IMG/VR virus record: IMGVR_UViG_3300009073_000004
Reading direction: 5' to 3' (one strand)
From: a virus
Length of the DNA stretch: 64,000 nucleotides
The notes under the pieces are model-generated. The model saw nothing but the letters and a program-made list of their open reading frames with translations, was not told the DNA's origin and did no database searches. The position numbers and the translations under genes are program-made. Positions 17,620 to 26,120 of the stretch are shown here, one piece after another; within the stretch, counting starts at the first letter, position 1, and each line of letters opens with the position of its first letter.

Positions 17620-18873
17620 CTACTGTTCGAGTTTCGGAATGAGATATGTCGTTCCGTATGGAACCTTTGTATTGACCAGAAACGGAACAATCCAGATCAC
17701 ATCTTTGCAGGGCATCTTGGTCGGGATTTTCACAGCCAGGTCTGTGAACACGACAAGAGCTTCCGGCTCGAGTTCTTCCGTCCGTTTGTAGACTGCACCG
17801 AGATGCGTTCCTCCACCGGCCCGGACCTGGATCTCGGTATAAGGTTCAGAAGACTTGAACACCCGTTCCAGCACAATCTTCGTGTCGAAGAAGAGCACTG
17901 TCAGAGCTTCAGGATCGAGCAGTTTTTTGATGGTACGAACCGAGTCATGGAACTGTTGAGCCTGCTGGGCATTGATGGATCCAGACACGTCCAAAGCATA
18001 GACCAGATGGGTGAGCCGGTTGCTGGGGGTCTGCTTCTTGAGCCTTCCCGGCAGGACGAAGTTCTGGGACTTGAACCTGCGGCTGGGCCTGCTGAATGTT
18101 CTCCGACGAAGGTTCAGAGGATCGATCAGATAGTCCGAGAAGATCTCCTGATAGGTGGCATCTTCAATGATCACAGCTCGAGTGCTGTTGAGCATCACAC
18201 GGGTCATCATGCCGGGATTGCTGCCGATGCTGGTTTCCAGATCCTTCAGATCACCTTCAGCCTTGACCACTTGCTCGTCGAAAGAAACTGATACCTCACC
18301 GGCTTCAGCCATCTTCTTCAGAGCATCCTTGATCAGATCTTCGATCTGGTCAGCGGATGGTGTGTTCGGCGGTGGAGGCGGTGGGTTCTTGGCGAGGACA
18401 TTGTAGACATCCTCGGTGCTCCAGCCCGAGTATTTCATGTCGCAGATGCAGTCTTCCAGCCCGACGAATGAGAACCCGTCATGCTTCAGAGACGTGTTGA
18501 TCACATGATCGGCGGCGATGTTATAGGTGCTGGCATTTGCCTGTTTGCCGCGGTCCAGATGCCGGAGGATCAAGTGCATGATCTCATGGGCCAGAACTGT
18601 CACCCGAGCAGGTTTCGGGATCGAGTAGTAGAAGATCTTGTTGAAGAAGATGAAACCATGACCGGCACAGGCCGTAGGAATTTCATTGCTCCAGAAGATC
18701 TGGATACGGTTCAGGTAGACCGAGTATCCAACCATGGAAGGATGACGGATCAGCTCCTCGACGAGGGGCTTCAGCTCACCTGCTGGAAGCATCTCTGGAG
18801 GCTGTTGAACAGGAGGAGGCGGTGGGCCTTGAACCTGTGGTGGACCCTGTTGGGCTTGAACTTGAGCAGACAT
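17620..18873 (-). CDS. vWA-domain protein with N-terminal HExxH metallopeptidase-like domain (N4 gp25-type)
   Basis: HEIMHLILRH zinc-site motif in the N-terminal half. The C-terminal half carries LVYALDVSGSI (vWA MIDAS DxSxS). Pro/Gln-rich N-terminus. Paired with the upstream AAA+ gene. Confidence 0.7.
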   Translation of the reverse strand: MSAQVQAQQGPPQVQGPPPPPVQQPPEMLPAGELKPLVEELIRHPSMVGYSVYLNRIQIFWSNEIPTACAGHGFIFFNKIFYYSIPKPARVTVLAHEIMHLILRHLDRGKQANASTYNIAADHVINTSLKHDGFSFVGLEDCICDMKYSGWSTEDVYNVLAKNPPPPPPNTPSADQIEDLIKDALKKMAEAGEVSVSFDEQVVKAEGDLKDLETSIGSNPGMMTRVMLNSTRAVIIEDATYQEIFSDYLIDPLNLRRRTFSRPSRRFKSQNFVLPGRLKKQTPSNRLTHLVYALDVSGSINAQQAQQFHDSVRTIKKLLDPEALTVLFFDTKIVLERVFKSSEPYTEIQVRAGGGTHLGAVYKRTEELEPEALVVFTDLAVKIPTKMPCKDVIWIVPFLVNTKVPYGTTYLIPKLEQ

Positions 18874-18950
18874 GAAGTTTCCCTTCTTGACTCAAAAATA
18901 TGGGGAGATCCCCAAGATTTCTCTCGGGGATCAGGCGGGATCTGATGATA

Positions 18951-20216
18951 TCAGTCGAACGGCTCGTCGTCGTATTCATCTCCGATATCCATGTCGGCAT
19001 CGAAATCGGGGACGATGTTCTGGACCGGAGTAGATGATACAGGCGTCGACTTCTTACCTTTGGTCACAGGCTTCAGGGTCGAAGGTTTGCTTCCTGGTTT
19101 GACACCGGGTTTCTTTGGAAGCGGAGGCTTCAGAAACTCGTCATCAAAATTCAGATCGTTGATGTTCAGCTCTTTCTTCAGATTGGCGAGAAGTGCCACT
19201 TCAGATGCAGTCTGACCCATCTGTTCAGCAGCCAGCTGAGCGAAGAGCGAGCTGAACTCGCCACCGATCCGGTTCATGTATTTGATGACACCTTCTCGGG
19301 GACCGTCACCGGACTCCAGATAGTATTTCACCAGATCCTTGGTCAGCGTGGATTTGCCGATCGCAGATGGTGGAATGTGAGTGGCTGCCGGAGCCTGAGC
19401 ACAATCCCATGGTTTCGGAAGGGTCAGAGCTTGATCGTAATCCTCCTTGTAGGTCGTGCCTGCGATGGAGCCAACGGCTGCCTCAACGGTATGAAGGGTC
19501 ACTTCATCCATTGGACTATCCTTGCCGGTGATCCTCTGGTGAGCGTTGATGGCCGTCATCACAGCTTCCCAGCCTCGAGCATTCGGATACGGTTCCAGCT
19601 CCGAACGCTTGGAGGAGTCACCGAGATCGTGCAGCATGGAGGGGTGCTTCTTGATGAACGCCATGGTGTGCTCGTTGGGAGCTTTGCAGATATTTTCTGC
19701 CCATCGCATCCAGTCTTTCACGCTGGGCTTCATCTCAATGCAGAGCATCCTGGTGATCAGGGTATCCGGCAAAGGACGTGCAATGGCCGAGTCTGTCGAG
19801 CGGTTGCCAGCTGCCATGATCCGAGCCTTGGCATGGATCTGCCGACCGCCTACCAGCCGATCCAGGATGATCGAATAGGCTGCCGCCATAACCTCTTCAG
19901 AGGCGCTGGACAGCTCGTCGAGCAGGATGAGCCAGCCGTCGAACCCGTCTGGCACCTTGTCGAACTCGGCCAACGGAAACGTCGTGAACGGCTTGTACGA
20001 AGCCCTGTCGCCTTCGATCTGGGGCAAGCCCATCATGTCCTCGGGGAGCATCTGGGAAAGGCGAATGTCGATGAGCTTCAGATTGAACTCGTCGGCTATT
20101 TGAGCTGCGATGGAACTCTTGCCGATACCTGCCGGTCCACTGAGGTAGGGAACCCTGTTCATCCGCAATGCCCGCTGGGCAAAGGCATATGCCTGCGAAG
20201 GCTTCAATGGTCGCAT
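18951..20216 (-). CDS. MoxR-like AAA+ ATPase (N4 gp24-type)
   Basis: Walker A SGPAGIGKS and Walker B WLILLDELS. Acidic C-terminal tail. Confidence 0.75.
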   Translation of the reverse strand: MRPLKPSQAYAFAQRALRMNRVPYLSGPAGIGKSSIAAQIADEFNLKLIDIRLSQMLPEDMMGLPQIEGDRASYKPFTTFPLAEFDKVPDGFDGWLILLDELSSASEEVMAAAYSIILDRLVGGRQIHAKARIMAAGNRSTDSAIARPLPDTLITRMLCIEMKPSVKDWMRWAENICKAPNEHTMAFIKKHPSMLHDLGDSSKRSELEPYPNARGWEAVMTAINAHQRITGKDSPMDEVTLHTVEAAVGSIAGTTYKEDYDQALTLPKPWDCAQAPAATHIPPSAIGKSTLTKDLVKYYLESGDGPREGVIKYMNRIGGEFSSLFAQLAAEQMGQTASEVALLANLKKELNINDLNFDDEFLKPPLPKKPGVKPGSKPSTLKPVTKGKKSTPVSSTPVQNIVPDFDADMDIGDEYDDEPFD

Positions 20217-20267
20217 AAGTCTGTACTCCTGATTGAGCTATAAGTTGTTACCACAAAAAAGAAAGTT

Positions 20268-20768
20268 CTACTTCTTTCTTCTTGGATTCCGGTTATTGGC
20301 TTGTTCAAGCCGGGTAGCCCATCGACAGTTGTTCGGAGAATACTCTCCGTTATTGTCGATGCGCTCGATTGTCAGGTGATCTGCATAACCATTCTGTAAT
20401 GCCCAAGAATGAAATGGTTCGAACTCAAACCATTCTTGACAGACTGTAATGCCACGGCCACCGTAAAGATCGTAATCAGTATTTTTAGGATTGAAACACC
20501 TCTGCTTCATACCTTTCCATGTTTTATGGAGTCTTGTTCCAGATTGTTTGTGAGTGCTTGCACGTTCACTGGTTAGATCTTTACGAAGACACCCACATGA
20601 TTTGGTTTTGCCTCTTCTAAGCAAAGCTACAGCAACCTCTTGAGAGTTGCCGCATGAACAAATTGTGGGAGCAAATCGTCGCCTGCTAGGCTTGGATGGT
20701 CGGCTGATTGATTGACCAATGACAGTAAGTCTACCGAATACTTGTCCGGTGAGGTCTAACGGATTCAT
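20268..20768 (-). CDS. phage Zn-module / homing-endonuclease-like DNA-binding protein (166 aa)
   Basis: N-terminus [13 protein letters not shown]...CSCG...SCGC. C-terminus TWKGMKQRC...[12 protein letters not shown]...[18 protein letters not shown]. This is a widespread phage module often annotated HNH-like, but I saw no HNH catalytic motif. Confidence 0.6.
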   Translation of the reverse strand: MNPLDLTGQVFGRLTVIGQSISRPSKPSRRRFAPTICSCGNSQEVAVALLRRGKTKSCGCLRKDLTSERASTHKQSGTRLHKTWKGMKQRCFNPKNTDYDLYGGRGITVCQEWFEFEPFHSWALQNGYADHLTIERIDNNGEYSPNNCRWATRLEQANNRNPRRKK

Positions 20769-20773
20769 AAGTT

Positions 20774-21034
20774 TTATTTATTCTCCATTTCTTTGTCTAT
20801 TTGAGGACAATTAATATAAATCTTCACTGGCCTCGGATAGATCCAGCCATGAGGCTCAGCCTTGAGGTCATGCCTCTTTCGCATGTACCCGTAGACTTGT
20901 TCTCGATAGTCGATGGCTTTCTGTCTGGTGGTGAAGAGCTTGGGCATACAGTCTTGATGGACAAGATTTCTTCTCCTACCATCCAGCCTGTTGTCAGCTC
21001 CAGCCATGAGACCCCAGTAGTAAGCTCTGGGCAT
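20774..21034 (-). CDS. hypothetical protein (86 aa)
   Basis: ORF track. Confidence 0.5.
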   Translation of the reverse strand: MPRAYYWGLMAGADNRLDGRRRNLVHQDCMPKLFTTRQKAIDYREQVYGYMRKRHDLKAEPHGWIYPRPVKIYINCPQIDKEMENK

Positions 21035-21067
21035 AAATTTTCCTTTTCTATCTTATGGAATAGATAT

Positions 21068-21091
21068 CCCCTCCCGGTTTCCCGGAAGGGG
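21068..21091 (-). terminator. hairpin just downstream of the RNAP II large-subunit stop (weak terminator candidate)
   Basis: CCCCTCCCGG-tttc-CCGGAAGGGG (9 of 10 paired), flanked by the direct repeat TAGATAT. There is no clean U-run. Confidence 0.3.
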
Positions 21092-21109
21092 TAGATATCA
21101 GTCTCGGTA

Positions 21110-22306
21110 TCAACCGATCATGTAATTCGCATCCACGATCGTAGCTCGGTCGATGGTGCCGGTCTTCGCCACATTGATCTCCTCATTGAAGATGGCAGAT
21201 ACAATGAACTTCAGAATGTTACTGCCTGATATATCAGCCATAATTCTGTTGTACTGGCGTCGAACGTCGTTGCCGTTGTTCGCATGACAGCGGAAGCAAT
21301 CATGGATTGTCACGATGTCGAACGGTGCATCCGGCAGAGACTGAAGCAGCTCAGCGATGACCAGAGGATCTACCAGACCCATGGTGCCTTCGTCGAGATA
21401 GTCGAGAATCCGAACACTCAGGAATCCTGATGCCAGATAGTTGCCCCAGAGCGTCTGGACTGCCTGTTCATGTTTACCGTTTGTTCCAGTAGCGTTGAGA
21501 CATTCAACGACTTTGGAGAAAGTATCCATATCGAACATGCAGCGCCTGAACATTTCCCTGACGATGAAACCATCAATGGAATGGACAATGTTGGCTGCAC
21601 AGCCCTTGTGGTAATCCGCTCGCTCATCGGTATGAACCATGATGGACTTGGTTTCCCCCATGAACTCGAAGGTTTCCTCAGCCATCTCGGTAACTCTTGC
21701 TTCTGCATAGAAGTTATCCGGCAGGAACCAAGAGTATCCTGGAGTGTCCAAGTCATTCCAGATGAGCACGAGATCCCCGGAGAGTGACCATGCACCCGGC
21801 ATCTCTTCGTCCATGATCTCGTAGAACCGCTCCTCGTCGTCTCCGAAGACCTTGGCAGGTTTCGTGTCCGATCCGTAGCAGGACTCCATGATGGCAGCCT
21901 TCAGAGCCTTGCGGCCGATCTGGGTGCCTTCGAGATCCATGGCCTCGTAGATGTGGCTGTAGGTATCGATCAGGTTGTCGCTGTCACCACCGCAGAGCTT
22001 GAAGCTCTTTTCGCAGGACATGAGCAGGGAGAGGATCTGGAGCACCGAGCAGTGAGCGTCGAGCGAGATCATGTAGCCAGTGGCCTTGTCGGCCAGAGTG
22101 TCCTGATAGGCCAGGATAGCAGCCCTGAGACCCACTGGGTTGTTGGCACCCTCACAGAGCTGGGCCACATTGGCTTCGTCTCTCAGGTCGCCCATCTGGT
22201 AGAAATGACGGATGCGATCGTCCCAGTTGGCCTTCTCGCATTCTTTCTTATGGTTCGCTGCGATATCCATCTTGAGATATTCAAGTCCGGTGAATGTCTG
22301 AAACAT
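21110..22306 (-). CDS. T7-like RNA polymerase II, large (catalytic C-terminal) subunit (N4 gp16-type, 398 aa)
   Basis: Motif A ISLDAHCSVLQI, motif B RKALKAAIMESCYGS (R-4-K-8-Y spacing as in T7 R627/K631/Y639), motif C VTIHDCFRCH. The N-terminus GLEYLKMDIAANH aligns with T7 RNAP GYYWLKIHGANCAG. Confidence 0.85.
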   Translation of the reverse strand: MFQTFTGLEYLKMDIAANHKKECEKANWDDRIRHFYQMGDLRDEANVAQLCEGANNPVGLRAAILAYQDTLADKATGYMISLDAHCSVLQILSLLMSCEKSFKLCGGDSDNLIDTYSHIYEAMDLEGTQIGRKALKAAIMESCYGSDTKPAKVFGDDEERFYEIMDEEMPGAWSLSGDLVLIWNDLDTPGYSWFLPDNFYAEARVTEMAEETFEFMGETKSIMVHTDERADYHKGCAANIVHSIDGFIVREMFRRCMFDMDTFSKVVECLNATGTNGKHEQAVQTLWGNYLASGFLSVRILDYLDEGTMGLVDPLVIAELLQSLPDAPFDIVTIHDCFRCHANNGNDVRRQYNRIMADISGSNILKFIVSAIFNEEINVAKTGTIDRATIVDANYMIG

Positions 22307-22316
22307 TCTCTGTCTC

Positions 22317-22589
22317 CTAAAGTTGAGAGTTATCTTTTATCCGAGAAGCAAGTTCTTCCTCGAACAGCCTGATGCATTCAATCCCGAAATAGACATCACT
22401 CTGGGTAATGCCTCGTCGGGTATCTGCAATGCCTCGGTGATTCCTGATCCACGTTATGCAGTTCAAGATGTGCTGAGTTGCCATGTCTGACATCTTCAGG
22501 GTTTCTCCCCGATTCGTCATCCAGAGCTTGTTGGCAATGAAACCAACCTGCATTTCACTCATCTGGATAAGTTCTTTTTCTTCTGCCAT
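22317..22589 (-). CDS. hypothetical protein (90 aa)
   Basis: ORF track. Confidence 0.5.
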   Translation of the reverse strand: MAEEKELIQMSEMQVGFIANKLWMTNRGETLKMSDMATQHILNCITWIRNHRGIADTRRGITQSDVYFGIECIRLFEEELASRIKDNSQL

Positions 22590-22592
22590 GGC

Positions 22593-22799
22593 TTAGTTGC
22601 TCTTGGGCTTGTCGAAATACATCACGGCCTCGGCCGAGTTTTCCAGACCCTGAGCACGGAGTTCTTCCGAGACCTGTTCACGAGCATTCTCCCAAGCTTC
22701 TTTCTCGGTGAGGTTCTCGTTGTCCATCCAGAGAGCGGAGGCACGGGTCTTCACATCTTCAAGGAGGATGTTTTCTCCTCGGTATGGTTCTTCTGACAT
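22593..22799 (-). CDS. hypothetical acidic protein (68 aa)
   Basis: ORF track. Confidence 0.5.
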   Translation of the reverse strand: MSEEPYRGENILLEDVKTRASALWMDNENLTEKEAWENAREQVSEELRAQGLENSAEAVMYFDKPKSN

Positions 22800-22804
22800 A
22801 GTTC

Positions 22805-23194
22805 TTAGCTCCAGTTCATTACTTTTGCGGTGAGAGGGAGAGGTCTCCCAGGTCCGAAGATAGAGGTGGAGATGGCATCTCTCATTTCCGAGAAGCCTTC
22901 GAATCCGCAGGTCTCTGCGAACTCGTTATCTGTTTCTTCGATCTGATCTCTCGAGTAGATCTGATTCGGCAGAAGGTTTCCATTGAGGTACATCTGGGTG
23001 ACATGTACTTCTATGGTTTCGATCTTTGTGACGATTTCACTGAACACTGGATCGACGATGTTGTAGGGAGTGAACACTTCGAAAGATGATCCCACCTCTA
23101 CGTTGGGCATGACATCTTCGAAGTAGATGAATCTGGTGATTCCTCCCAGAGACATCTCTTCTGCGTTATATGGTTTGACAACAAGTTTGATCAT
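22805..23194 (-). CDS. hypothetical protein (129 aa)
   Basis: ORF track. Confidence 0.5.
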   Translation of the reverse strand: MIKLVVKPYNAEEMSLGGITRFIYFEDVMPNVEVGSSFEVFTPYNIVDPVFSEIVTKIETIEVHVTQMYLNGNLLPNQIYSRDQIEETDNEFAETCGFEGFSEMRDAISTSIFGPGRPLPLTAKVMNWS

Positions 23195-23562
23195 CAGTCT
23201 GCCTCTTCCCCTTCTTCTCGAATCTCATAGGATCCGTAGTTAAATCCATCATCAACATCGTTGAAGTGATCGAAATCTTCATTGAGAAGACGTGCCAGCT
23301 CATATGCTCCTACGAAATCAGCTTCTTCTTCCGAAGCTGCTGAGTAGAACTCCATGTAGTTGGTATTCCAGCTTTCGCTGGAACCCTCACTGTTGAAGTC
23401 CAGAAGGACGATCCATCTCTTCTTCTGCGTTTGCGAGTGCAGAGAGAAACCAGCATGGAAAGCCAGCTCGAGTGTTGTCTTGGAGAATGCCAGATCTCCG
23501 TATTTGGCCTTCCAAGCAGTGAACCATTCGTTGAAGGCTCTTTCCAGGTTGAAGCTGATCAT
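23194..23562 (-). CDS. hypothetical acidic protein (122 aa)
   Basis: ORF track. 1-nt overlap with the downstream ORF. Confidence 0.5.
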   Translation of the reverse strand: MISFNLERAFNEWFTAWKAKYGDLAFSKTTLELAFHAGFSLHSQTQKKRWIVLLDFNSEGSSESWNTNYMEFYSAASEEEADFVGAYELARLLNEDFDHFNDVDDGFNYGSYEIREEGEEAD

Positions 23563-23564
23563 AA

Positions 23565-24122
23565 CTACTTTCCGTGGTTGGGGTGATATCCATAGTCGAT
23601 GTTCATCTGTGCTCGAGCTGCACAGGCAAGATCGAAGGCACCCTGGTTTCCATATTTCTTGATCGAGAATGTTTTGATCTTTTGTTTTCCATTCTGATCA
23701 TTGGCGACAGCTCTCCACATGTGGATAACCTGATCACCTCGTCGAGTCGCATTCCAGATGGATACCCCGAGCACTCCAGACACGTTGTCAGATCTGATAG
23801 GCAGATTTCGTTTCTGCTCTGCGCCAGGAATGCACCGGAGATTCTTCAACCGATTGTCTGTTTTCACATGGTTGATGTGATCGACTTCCCAACCATGAGG
23901 AATAACTCCATAGATTTCTTTCCAGATCCATAAATGCATGTCGATGACTTCGCCATCACGACAGATGCGAATGTAGCCTGTGCCACTGTTGGCATCTGAT
24001 GCCGGGTACAGCTGGGCAAGCTGATGTGCTGTGCCTGCCCAGTAGTTTTTCGGCTTACGAACTCTTTGAGTCAGTGATCTTCTCCTTTGTTGCGAATTGC
24101 AAAACGGCCTTATGGAGGGCAT
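23565..24122 (-). CDS. HNH (HNH_3-type) homing endonuclease with AP2-like DNA-binding domain; start uncertain (ORF open to 24230)
   Basis: GWEVDHINHVKTDNRLKNLR (HNH), then SGVLGVSIW...WRAV...KTFSIKKYGNQGAFDLACAAR (AP2-like). No ATG lies downstream of the preceding gene's stop (24055), so the ORF must overlap it or use a non-ATG start. Confidence 0.7.
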   Translation of the reverse strand: MPSIRPFCNSQQRRRSLTQRVRKPKNYWAGTAHQLAQLYPASDANSGTGYIRICRDGEVIDMHLWIWKEIYGVIPHGWEVDHINHVKTDNRLKNLRCIPGAEQKRNLPIRSDNVSGVLGVSIWNATRRGDQVIHMWRAVANDQNGKQKIKTFSIKKYGNQGAFDLACAARAQMNIDYGYHPNHGK

Positions 24123-25515
24123 CGCCTTGCGTATTACAATGATAGCCGGAGGCATAGGATCTGCCGCGGAAATCATATCGGTGGGTGAGGTAGAAAGTGT
24201 TCGTGATCGAGTCGAGTTTCTCCAACACATCTATCGACATGTCATAGAACTTCTGATCGGCCTGAACTCTTTTCTGATACTCTTTGGAGGTCTCATCTTC
24301 TTTCTGCTTCGGTCGAACGAATACAGCTTCAGGTGATTCCACCACTCCCCAGTCTGTTGCCAGACCTACGGAGTTCATCCTGTTCAGATGATCGAGACAG
24401 AGATCTTTCGTCTCATACCTGTGGTCGGCACCACTGAGGACTGCACACTTGGAGATGGTCATGTAGCCGGTGTCAGTGTTCTTCCTGAGCTTGTTCGGCT
24501 TGACGATCATGGGCAGAGGATACTGGAGCTTGCTGAGGCGTGCTTCAGTGTCTTCTTCTGGTTCCCAGATGACAGAGAACCGGCCTAGCTCGTCGAGGTC
24601 CATGAAGTCCTCATCGACCATAGCAAGCAGCTTGTCAGCTACCTCCTGTGGAGTGCCATGCTTGGGGCTGAGGATTCCCACCATGGTTTCAGCATCTGCA
24701 TACTTGTGCAGATAAATCTGACAGAGAGCTTCGTTCTCGAATGGATCATCCGATACCGAAGCGAACTCTTCCTTGAGGATGTCAAGGATCTGGCCCTTGT
24801 CATACATCTTCTCGATCAGTTCCTGAGCATAGAACTTATCTTTGTAGGGATCAGGCTTCTGAGCTTTATCTTCTTCTTCTCCCTGAGTCTGGCGTCTCTT
24901 GGCTTCGGCCAAGATAGCATCGCCATGGCATCGCTGAGGTGAGCAGAAGCAGACCAGATCTTTGCCATAGAGAGGCGTGAGATCAAGATCAGGAAGGATC
25001 TCTTTCTCGAACCGATCGCAGACTTCGTCTCGGTTGCCATCTTTGCCGATGACAAATGGATTGCCATAGGGTGATCCCCGGCCGATGTAGACAGCATCAG
25101 CTGGAGGAGTACCATGGTGCTTGTTGAACACCGTTGGTTCCAGCTCAGAAGCTTTCTTGACAAAAGGTTTTGTTTTCACCTTCTTGACCTTGGGCTTCTG
25201 CTGAGGTCTCACACCTGACTTGAGTTTCAAATCCAGTGGAGGCTTGGGCAATGCTCTCTCTTGGGCCTGTAGCCCTCCCTGAGCGTCAGCATGAGCTGTG
25301 ATGCACTTGGGACAGGCGTTGAATTTACCGCTGCTATGGCGGCCTGTGACGGTGTTCATACGCTCATTATATGTATCACCGCAGGTGCAGAGGAAATCCC
25401 ACATCGAATGGCGAGACTGATCGCTGTGGGTATAGATGATGGCAGTGAGATTACCGAACTTTTGTCCGGTGATATCTTTTCTCTTGTTGCTGAGTGGCTC
25501 ATTGAGCTGTGCCAT
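24055..25515 (-). CDS. RNA polymerase II small (N-terminal) subunit (N4 gp15-type) fused to an N-terminal Zn module and a DUF4326 domain (486 aa)
   Basis: The C-terminus FYLTHRYDFRGRSYASGYHCNTQGDALHKAVLQFA corresponds to T7 RNAP FPYNMDWRGRVYAVSMFNPQGNDMTKGLLTLA (DxxGR motif). Residues ~140-205, VYIGRGSPYGNPFVIG...GKDLVCFCSPQRCHGDAIL, match DUF4326. Residues ~15-75 carry ITGQKFGNLTAI...CTCG...CPKC. Confidence 0.8.
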   Translation of the reverse strand: MAQLNEPLSNKRKDITGQKFGNLTAIIYTHSDQSRHSMWDFLCTCGDTYNERMNTVTGRHSSGKFNACPKCITAHADAQGGLQAQERALPKPPLDLKLKSGVRPQQKPKVKKVKTKPFVKKASELEPTVFNKHHGTPPADAVYIGRGSPYGNPFVIGKDGNRDEVCDRFEKEILPDLDLTPLYGKDLVCFCSPQRCHGDAILAEAKRRQTQGEEEDKAQKPDPYKDKFYAQELIEKMYDKGQILDILKEEFASVSDDPFENEALCQIYLHKYADAETMVGILSPKHGTPQEVADKLLAMVDEDFMDLDELGRFSVIWEPEEDTEARLSKLQYPLPMIVKPNKLRKNTDTGYMTISKCAVLSGADHRYETKDLCLDHLNRMNSVGLATDWGVVESPEAVFVRPKQKEDETSKEYQKRVQADQKFYDMSIDVLEKLDSITNTFYLTHRYDFRGRSYASGYHCNTQGDALHKAVLQFATKEKITDSKSS

Positions 25516-25557
25516 AGATTACTCCTGTCATAAGATTAGAGAACGCAAAGAAGAAAG

Positions 25558-25980
25558 TTAGGGAACTTTCTTAGATACTATATTTGTCTCTCCGTCGCAG
25601 TCATCACAGTAGGATGCTTTGTCGTAGAGCATGACGAGTTCCCAGTCCTGATCCTGAACAGACCAGCGAGCTGAGCCATCACATGAGACCTGTTCTGATC
25701 CACAGCCTTCACAGACTTTGAGGAACTTTTCTTTTCTTTCTACGAATCCGTAAAAGAGTTTCTTGATTGCCAGATTGGCAGTGTCCTCATCTGGATAAGT
25801 ATCTCCATCAATAGATCTGAAGATTCTTCCATCTTCGGAGACATATCCTCGGCCGTCTCCCTCACCAGATATTTCTCCCGACGGGAAAACAACTTTCTGA
25901 GCGATGGGCAGGATGAATCTTCCATGGGATTTGGCGATCATGAAGTGTTGGCCGATGATGTATCTTTCTATCTGGCTCAT
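25558..25980 (-). CDS. hypothetical protein with C-terminal Cys cluster (140 aa)
   Basis: ORF track. CEGCGSEQVSC...CDDCDG. Confidence 0.55.
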   Translation of the reverse strand: MSQIERYIIGQHFMIAKSHGRFILPIAQKVVFPSGEISGEGDGRGYVSEDGRIFRSIDGDTYPDEDTANLAIKKLFYGFVERKEKFLKVCEGCGSEQVSCDGSARWSVQDQDWELVMLYDKASYCDDCDGETNIVSKKVP

Positions 25981-26120
25981 ATTTCTCTCACATTTTTTGA
26001 GGTTTCACATTCTGGGCAGGTCTTGGGATCAGGATGTCCCGGAGCTTCCCATTCCTGACCGCACTGGCACTTATACCACTGGTTCAGATTCCGGCTCTGG
26101 TTCTCTTTTTCCTTCGGCAT
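25977..26120 (-). CDS. small zinc-ribbon protein (47 aa), below the ORF-track cutoff
   Basis: Hand translation: MPKEKENQSRNLNQWYKCQCGQEWEAPGHPDPKTCPECETSKNVREI. GGAG sits 6 nt upstream. Its stop overlaps the next ATG (ATATGA). It overlaps the 3' end of the upstream ORF by 50 nt in another frame. Confidence 0.4.
   Translation of the reverse strand: MPKEKENQSRNLNQWYKCQCGQEWEAPGHPDPKTCPECETSKNVREI

Noticed and set aside
18874-18950. TGGGGA-tc-TCCCCA hairpin followed by TATTTTTG between the AAA+ and vWA genes, considered as a terminator
   Set aside because: The effective stem is only ~5 bp with a minimal loop. The two genes are expected to be co-expressed.
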